A DNA stretch of 32,000 nucleotides from the NCBI GenBank assembly GCA_965261025.1, contig OZ253438.1:960001-992000 (forward strand), written 5' to 3'. Both the position numbers and the translations under genes were made by a program. The notes beneath the pieces are model-generated. The model was not told the origin of the DNA and searched no databases. It worked only from the letters and a program-made list of their open reading frames with translations. Positions 26,112 through 32,000 of the stretch are shown here, piece after piece; the stretch's first letter is position 1, and each line of letters starts with the position of its first letter. The DNA comes from Chlamydiales bacterium. Its GTDB lineage: Bacteria > Chlamydiota > Chlamydiia > Chlamydiales > SM23-39.

Positions 26112-29100
26112 ATGGTCAAAAAACTTCATTTACACCTTCCTTCCACAGTTCGCCAAATCTTTCACTTGATTTGTCTTTTATGCGCCCTGATTTTTTTTAG
26201 ACTTTGCCAGCTCACTTATTTTGATCAAGAAAAGTACATAGAGATAGCAGAAACGCCCAAAAGAAAAACCCTTTTGAAAAAAGCCAAAAGAGGAGAAATT
26301 TTAGATAGAAATGGGACTCCCTTAGCTTGTAATGAACTCTCCTACCAAGCTAGTTTGTATTTTTCTGAAATCGCACAAATCCCCGCTGTCCAGTGGGTTT
26401 TTGGACCTGAAAAGACCAAAGTAAAAACCTACCCTAGAAAAGAATATATTGAAAAATTAGCCCAAAAACTCTCTCAAGAGCTTGGACTAGAAAAAAAACG
26501 ACTCGAAGATGCTATTTACTCTTACGCAGCTCTATTTCCCCATCTCCCTTACAAGATCAAGACCAACTTGTCAGAAAAAGAATATTACCGGATAAAAATG
26601 CTGGAAAAAGATTGTCCTGGACTCCAAGGAGAGGTCGGGGAAAAAAGGGTGTATCCCCAGGGAAAGATCGCCTGCAATGTAGTCGGATACATGGGCGCTT
26701 TAAACTGTCAAGAATATTTTCGTATGGCAGAAAAAATTAAAATGCTAAGCCAATATGTAGAAAGTCCAGACCTTCCCCTACCAAAAGAATATCAAAACCT
26801 AGAATCTCTCCTTTTTCATCTGAAAGAAATCAGAGAAAAAGCCTATTCTTTTCAAGATCTTGTAGGGAAAACAGGAGTGGAAGCCTTTTATGAAAGAGAA
26901 CTTCGTGGTTTTTCTGGAAAAGAAATTTTCGAAACTAATCCCAAGGGAAATTTTCTAAAAAAACTTCCCCAAAAATATCCACCTCTTCCTGGAAAGAAAG
27001 TGGTTTTAAGTCTGAGCCTTCCCTTACAAAAAAAAGCAGAGAGCCTTCTAGCTCAAAAAGCCTTAAGAACTTCCCAGAATAAAAAACAAAAAATGCCTTG
27101 GATAAAGGGGGGAAGCATTATAGCTATGGATCCAAATACAGGAGAAATTTTCGCTTTTGCCTCCTATCCCCGATATGATCCCAATGACTTTCTCTCTTCC
27201 TCAAAAAACGCCCAAAAATGGCTAGAAACAGAGAGTCATATCGGAAAAATCTGGGAAGGAAAGGCTTTATTAGAAAGGGAAATCTACGACCCCCAAAAAG
27301 ACCTTTTTTTTGAAGAAACCCTGCCTTTAACCTGGGAAACTTTTCTCAATCAAATTCTTTCCACACAATCTCCTATTCTCTCTTTATTAAAATCCTTTAG
27401 CGTAAAACAAGCTGCAGAATTGCAAGAGGACTGGGAAAGGGTTTTATTTCATTTACAAGAAAAAGACTCTTACCGAGCTATGCAAGTTTTTTCTTCTCTT
27501 CAAAAGCCTTCTTTTTTGGAAGAGTTTGAGAAAAAATGGCCTCTTCTTTTCTCTCAAATCCTGGAAGAAAAAGATCGTATTTTTGCTATCGATCTTTGTA
27601 GACTCTTTGTCTTTAGCCCAGCCTTTTCCAATGAGCTTTTAGAGAAAGTTGGATCCCTTTCTATTCAAGATTTTTTTGTCTTACATCAGCAAATTTTGCA
27701 GCTAAAAAGCCAGTTAAAGGAAAAGGCAAAGCAAGGATTTCATAAAACGCTTTTTCCTCTATGGCGGGAAAAAAATCAAAATCTTTTTTTAGAAGAAAAA
27801 AGAGAGGAAGAAAGACGCAAAGGATCCTATGCTCATCCTTTTCTAGATCTTTTAGATCAAAAAGAGTCTTCTCTTTTCCAAACTTTTTACCACAACCATC
27901 TCTTGTCTCTCTTCTTTCACGTATGTAAAAAAAAACCCCTTCCTCAGGATATCGCCTTTTTAGCAGACTCTTTATCTGATATAAACCCCTGCCAACCTCT
28001 TCTTTTTTGGGCCGAAAAACTCTCTGCCTCTCTCTTACAAGAACTATTTCAATCTGCCCGCTTTTTTTCAGAGCTTCAACGCCCCTTACTTCACCACTAT
28101 TCTTACTTTTCCCACAAAAATCATCCGGTGGAAAAAGACCTGGCCGCCTCTTTCTATCCCAGTAAAAAAGGGGGATATACAAGATCATATACACACAGAC
28201 AAGCTTGCACTTTAGGTTCTATTTTCAAACTCGTAACCACTTATGCAGCTCTAAAAGAGCACTACGAAAAAACAAAAGAACCTTTTTCTTTTACATTAAT
28301 AGATCAGATCACCAAAGATCCTAAAAAAGGGCTTGTAGTAGGCTATACCTCTAAAGATAAAACCGCCTTAACCCGAATCTACAAACAAGGAAGGCTTCCT
28401 AAATCTTCAAGAAAAAACATTGGGGAAATAGATCTTATAAAAGCTTTAGAACAGTCCAGTAATCCCTATTTTTCCCTCTTGGCTTTAAGCCTAAAAGATC
28501 CTTCTTCTCTCAAAGAAACAGCAAAAGAGCTTGGGTTTGGAGTCAAGACAGGAATCGATCTTCCCGGAGAAATTTCGGGGATACTTCCCAAAGACCTTTC
28601 CTACAACCGTTCCGGACTTTACTCTTTTGCTATAGGACACCACCAGTTTAGCGCCACCCCTTTGCAAACGGCTGTAATGCTTAGCACTCTTGCTAAAGAA
28701 GGAACTATGTTCCGCCCTAAAATAGCTAAAGCTATCTTAGGAAAAAAACGATCGATACCCTCCCCTCTTTCAAAGGTACAAAATTATCCTTACAAAAAAA
28801 CCCTAGATTCTTTGAAAATTCCCTTTTCCCTGTTTAGCCAACCTTGTCAGGAAGAACAAACGGCTCTGCTTCTCCCTTATGAAATAAAAAGAAAACTCTT
28901 TTTCCCTAAAGAAATTTCCTACCTTCTACACAAGGGGATGGATGCTTGTGTATGGGGAGAAAAAGGAACCGCTAATTTTACTCTCTTGCGCCCTTTGTTA
29001 AAAAAACCTTCCCTGATCAAACAATACGCTTGCTTAAAGCATCGCCTGATCGGAAAAACCTCTACTTCTGAAATTATGGCAAACTTATCCGTAAATCCTT

Positions 29101-29345
29101 CTTCTAAAGCAGAAAAATACAAGCACGTTTGGTTTGGTTCTATCCTATTTGAAGAAGGATCTTCTGAAAAATGGAAGCGCCCTGAACTTGTCGTTGTAGT
29201 CTATCTAGAATTTGAAAAATCAGGAAAGGAAGCCGCTTTTTTAGCTATCCAAATGATTGAAGCCTACCAAAAACTTCAAAGAGATAAAAAGGCATCTTCT
29301 TCCTTTAGCTTCTCTGAAGAATTTTGCAAAGAAGAAGTCAAATAA
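26112..29345 (+). CDS. mrdA: penicillin-binding protein 2 (class B transpeptidase), enlarged chlamydial-type form
   Basis: N-terminal TM helix. Pedestal motifs RGEILDRNGTPLA and IIAMDPNTGEIFAFASYPRYDPN. Transpeptidase motifs S703-I-F-K, SSN and a KTS(T) third motif. 1,077 aa. Confidence 0.9.
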   Translation: MVKKLHLHLPSTVRQIFHLICLLCALIFFRLCQLTYFDQEKYIEIAETPKRKTLLKKAKRGEILDRNGTPLACNELSYQASLYFSEIAQIPAVQWVFGPEKTKVKTYPRKEYIEKLAQKLSQELGLEKKRLEDAIYSYAALFPHLPYKIKTNLSEKEYYRIKMLEKDCPGLQGEVGEKRVYPQGKIACNVVGYMGALNCQEYFRMAEKIKMLSQYVESPDLPLPKEYQNLESLLFHLKEIREKAYSFQDLVGKTGVEAFYERELRGFSGKEIFETNPKGNFLKKLPQKYPPLPGKKVVLSLSLPLQKKAESLLAQKALRTSQNKKQKMPWIKGGSIIAMDPNTGEIFAFASYPRYDPNDFLSSSKNAQKWLETESHIGKIWEGKALLEREIYDPQKDLFFEETLPLTWETFLNQILSTQSPILSLLKSFSVKQAAELQEDWERVLFHLQEKDSYRAMQVFSSLQKPSFLEEFEKKWPLLFSQILEEKDRIFAIDLCRLFVFSPAFSNELLEKVGSLSIQDFFVLHQQILQLKSQLKEKAKQGFHKTLFPLWREKNQNLFLEEKREEERRKGSYAHPFLDLLDQKESSLFQTFYHNHLLSLFFHVCKKKPLPQDIAFLADSLSDINPCQPLLFWAEKLSASLLQELFQSARFFSELQRPLLHHYSYFSHKNHPVEKDLAASFYPSKKGGYTRSYTHRQACTLGSIFKLVTTYAALKEHYEKTKEPFSFTLIDQITKDPKKGLVVGYTSKDKTALTRIYKQGRLPKSSRKNIGEIDLIKALEQSSNPYFSLLALSLKDPSSLKETAKELGFGVKTGIDLPGEISGILPKDLSYNRSGLYSFAIGHHQFSATPLQTAVMLSTLAKEGTMFRPKIAKAILGKKRSIPSPLSKVQNYPYKKTLDSLKIPFSLFSQPCQEEQTALLLPYEIKRKLFFPKEISYLLHKGMDACVWGEKGTANFTLLRPLLKKPSLIKQYACLKHRLIGKTSTSEIMANLSVNPSSKAEKYKHVWFGSILFEEGSSEKWKRPELVVVVYLEFEKSGKEAAFLAIQMIEAYQKLQRDKKASSSFSFSEEFCKEEVK

Positions 29346-30253
29346 GCTACCGTCTCTTTCAAGCCTTGCGAAAAAGAAACTTTCGGCTCCCAGTTTAACC
29401 ACTTCTTAGCAAAGGTAATATCTGGACCTATTTTCATAGCGTCTTCTTTACCTCCCACCTCATACTGAATAGAAGAGGGGCTATCAGTCTCTTTTAGAAT
29501 CATTTTAGCCAATTCCTCCATGGAATATTCCTCTTTGCTCCCTATGTTCACAGGCCCCAAGACCCATTGCTCTGATTTCATCATTAAAACAAGGGCTTCT
29601 ACTACATCTTCTACGTAACAAAAAGTCCTTAGTTGTTCTTTTTTCCCCTGAATCAGAATAGGCTCTTTCTCTAATGCCCTTTGAAGATACTGAAATACCA
29701 ACCCCTCGGACATCCTAGGACCATACGTATCAAATAGACGTACCACCTTAATGGGGAGCTTATGCTCTCTATAAAAATCAAAAAAAAGCGTCTCGGCCGC
29801 TCTCTTTCCTTCTTCAAAACAAGCTCTTACTCCTATAGGATCTACTTTCCCCAGATCCTCTTCTTTCTGAGGATACATGCAAGAGTTTCCATAAACAGCA
29901 AAAGAAGAAGCTTGCAATATCTTAGCCCTATTTCTCTTAGCCAGCTCCAACATGTTCAGAGCTCCTAACACATTTGTCTTTAAAGCATAAATTGCTCTGT
30001 TTTGAGAAGCTCGAGCAGAAGAAAAAGAGGCTAAATTGTAAATTTCTTCGGCATCAACATAGAGGGTGTGACAAATATCGTGCTCTATAAAAGAAAACTT
30101 AGGATCAGAAAAAAAAGAAGCGATATTCTCCTTGGTCCCAGAAGAGAAATTATCTACACAGACAACTTCGTTCCCTTGCCGCAGAAGTTTTTCACAAAGA
30201 TGAGAGCCTAAAAACCCAGCCCCTCCCGCTACTAAACACTTACGCTTTGCCAT
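29276..30253 (-). CDS. NAD-dependent extended SDR, UDP-glucuronate decarboxylase (UXS)-like, catalytic Tyr replaced by Phe
   Basis: Contains GGAGFLGSHL, VCVDNF, LKTNVLG, DPIGVRACFEEGKRAAE and LFDTYGPRM. FxxxK occupies the YxxxK position. Its 3' end overlaps the pbp2 3' end by 70 nt. Confidence 0.75.
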   Translation of the reverse strand: MAKRKCLVAGGAGFLGSHLCEKLLRQGNEVVCVDNFSSGTKENIASFFSDPKFSFIEHDICHTLYVDAEEIYNLASFSSARASQNRAIYALKTNVLGALNMLELAKRNRAKILQASSFAVYGNSCMYPQKEEDLGKVDPIGVRACFEEGKRAAETLFFDFYREHKLPIKVVRLFDTYGPRMSEGLVFQYLQRALEKEPILIQGKKEQLRTFCYVEDVVEALVLMMKSEQWVLGPVNIGSKEEYSMEELAKMILKETDSPSSIQYEVGGKEDAMKIGPDITFAKKWLNWEPKVSFSQGLKETVAYLTSSLQNSSEKLKEEDAFLSL

Positions 30254-32000
30254 ATCCTCTCAATTCCTTCCTCAGAAAAGCCAACCTTCTCCTCTCCCCA
30301 TCATAAGCCCAATCCATAAATGGTTGCAATATTTCTATTGCCTCTTTCTCTAAAGTAACTAACATCTTATCAGAAAAAGAAAAAAATGTTTTGCTCTCTA
30401 AAAAAGAAAGCTCATATCGGCTATGTAGAAAAACCCTGTCGTATCTTTGTCTTGCCTGGTTTAAAAAAGAACTAAAAAACTCTGAGGTAAAAAATTCAAC
30501 CGAAAACCGGGTCGATCCCCCAGAGGGCAAGTAATCAATACCCTCTCCTTTTTCTAAGGGAAAAGAATCGAAAGAAAGCTCTGACTCTTTCAAGGCTGTA
30601 AGAAGACCTTTTTCCTCTTTTTTCTTATAAGGGTTTTGCAAATCGCAATTTACTACTAAAACTTTCTCTTTTTTTTGCACAAACAGTTTTGCTAAAGCAA
30701 ATACATAGTTAGGACCCGATGCATTTAGAAGAGAAACTATTTTTGCATTATTTTCTTCTTCTAGGAAAAACCTCATTTCTCTTAAAGTTTCCAGATCTTT
30801 GTCAGAAACTTGTTCCAAGCAAACTTCCTTTAACTGAGAAGAAATTTCCCCTAAAAACCGTTGGTTTAATAACTTTAACGTACGAGAAGAAACAGGAAGA
30901 CCTTTTATTAAAGCTAAAACAAAGAGAGCTAAAAAACTAAAAAAGGAGAGAATTCCCCCAAAAAGAACCGCTTTTACCAAAAACAGTTTTGAAACAGGTT
31001 TTATAGGAAGAACTGCTTCGTCTAAAGGTTTTGACTCTACTTGAAGCAACTTATTACTCAGGGTTTTGTTTTCGATAAGCTCTGTAATGGTCTGCACCAT
31101 TTTGGCTCCCACTTCTTTTTGCAGAGAAAGGATTTTCTCCTTTTCCATCTGCTCTGGAATCTCGCCTATTTGTTGCTTTACCTGGGATATCTTCTCTAAA
31201 AGATCTTTTTTTTGCCTCTCTATTTGTTTTTTCTTTTTCGCAAAAAATTCCTCTCCTCTAGCTTTTAAAAGGACCAAGGACTGATCTAGTCGGTCCGCTA
31301 TAACGCATTGAAGCATTCTTTGCTTTTGTTTTACTAGATTCAAAGTAGTGGCTTCTACTTTAGAAGAAGCTTCTATATGAGATAAAAGCCCTTTTTTTTC
31401 GAAAGCTATATCTTCATCTAATCTTCTTTTTTCCTTCTCTGTTAAAATCGCTATCTCCTTCCGTTTTGTAGCAAGCTGAGAAAGTCTCCGGATTTTTTCC
31501 TGTCCAACCGAATCTTGTAAAAGAGTCGATAAGGAGCTAAATTCAAAAAAAGTATCTTGAAGTTTTTCTTTTACAAGAGATAGTTGCTTAAGCTTTTCTT
31601 GCAAATTATCTAAGCGATTATGATACAGAATAGATAACTCTTTCGCTGTCTGTAAATCTATCCCTTCTAACTCTTTAGAAACTTCTTCAGAAGAGCTTAC
31701 CCTTTTCTCTAAAATGGCCCTTTCTATCTTTAGCTGACTGATTAAATGCTCTTTGTAGGAAAAAAACTCTTCCTTCCACTCAGAGAAATCTTCCCCCTTA
31801 TTCTCTTGCCAACGCTTCTCCCACAAAGCAAGAGCTCCCACAGGAGGATAGGTGCCTATTTGTCCTTCTTCCAAAGAAACAATCTGCTTTTTTACCTTTT
31901 CTAACTCTTCAGAATATGCCTCTTTTTCTCCTTGTCCAGACAAGAAGAAAGTCTCTCCTTCTGCCCCTTGAAGTCGCAAGGAAAGCTCTAAGCCTTCTTT
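30240..32000 (-). CDS. polysaccharide co-polymerase (PCP-2a/Wzc-like) protein with degenerate BY-kinase domain, 5' end outside the window
   Basis: The frame is open to nt 32000. Long coiled-coil region, then PLDEAVLPIKPVSK plus a TM helix, then a MinD/Wzc-like domain (KVLVVNCDLQ, YLPSGG, YDRVFLHS) without GK[ST]. Overlaps the downstream SDR gene by 14 nt. Confidence 0.65.
   Translation of the reverse strand, partial: KEGLELSLRLQGAEGETFFLSGQGEKEAYSEELEKVKKQIVSLEEGQIGTYPPVGALALWEKRWQENKGEDFSEWKEEFFSYKEHLISQLKIERAILEKRVSSSEEVSKELEGIDLQTAKELSILYHNRLDNLQEKLKQLSLVKEKLQDTFFEFSSLSTLLQDSVGQEKIRRLSQLATKRKEIAILTEKEKRRLDEDIAFEKKGLLSHIEASSKVEATTLNLVKQKQRMLQCVIADRLDQSLVLLKARGEEFFAKKKKQIERQKKDLLEKISQVKQQIGEIPEQMEKEKILSLQKEVGAKMVQTITELIENKTLSNKLLQVESKPLDEAVLPIKPVSKLFLVKAVLFGGILSFFSFLALFVLALIKGLPVSSRTLKLLNQRFLGEISSQLKEVCLEQVSDKDLETLREMRFFLEEENNAKIVSLLNASGPNYVFALAKLFVQKKEKVLVVNCDLQNPYKKKEEKGLLTALKESELSFDSFPLEKGEGIDYLPSGGSTRFSVEFFTSEFFSSFLNQARQRYDRVFLHSRYELSFLESKTFFSFSDKMLVTLEKEAIEILQPFMDWAYDGERRRLAFLRKELRGYGKA

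Noticed and set aside
27661-28194. 177-aa minus-strand ORF inside pbp2 (similar cases at 20135-20542, 24772-25149, 12225-13467 and others)
   Set aside because: These are antisense shadows of long, motif-supported genes, and none has an independent signal.
1-32000. Search for IS elements, integrases, phage genes, CRISPR repeats, toxin-antitoxin pairs or defence islands
   Set aside because: No transposase or integrase-like ORF, no terminal inverted repeats flanking a block and no regularly spaced direct repeats were seen. The tRNA genes are not followed by foreign-looking DNA.

Overview
AT-rich bacterial chromosomal segment, densely coded, with many 4-nt ATGA gene overlaps. I found no mobile elements, CRISPR arrays or rRNA. 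The content points to a member of the Chlamydiae, probably outside the Chlamydiaceae. Three things support this: a type III secretion block in the chlamydial order sctJ / unknown / sctL / sctR / sctS / sctT; a roughly 1,080-aa PBP2 divergent from rpsB with no ompA between them; and sufBCDS. Left to right the window holds a PiT phosphate transporter (3' part), glgP, an orphan family-3 solute-binding lipoprotein, hemH, a coupled GT9+GT2 glycosyltransferase pair, and the T3SS block. Next come sufBCDS (minus strand), a small orphan helical protein, and a tightly coupled pgeF-rfbC-rfbD-rfbB operon with no rmlA. These are followed by rsmB, preceded by a Cys-containing beta-barrel OMP and a small secreted protein, then ispD and a second small acidic secreted protein. 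The last stretch is a same-strand run of tRNA-Gly, rpsB, tsf, frr, tRNA-Glu and tRNA-Lys with no pyrH, then pbp2. The right edge holds an overlapping gene pair and is the best candidate for something undescribed. One gene encodes a UDP-xylose-synthase-like SDR in which the catalytic Tyr reads Phe. The other encodes a Wzc/PCP-2a-like protein with a degenerate tyrosine-kinase domain, and it runs off the window. All functional calls come from motif recognition by eye; no searches were run.
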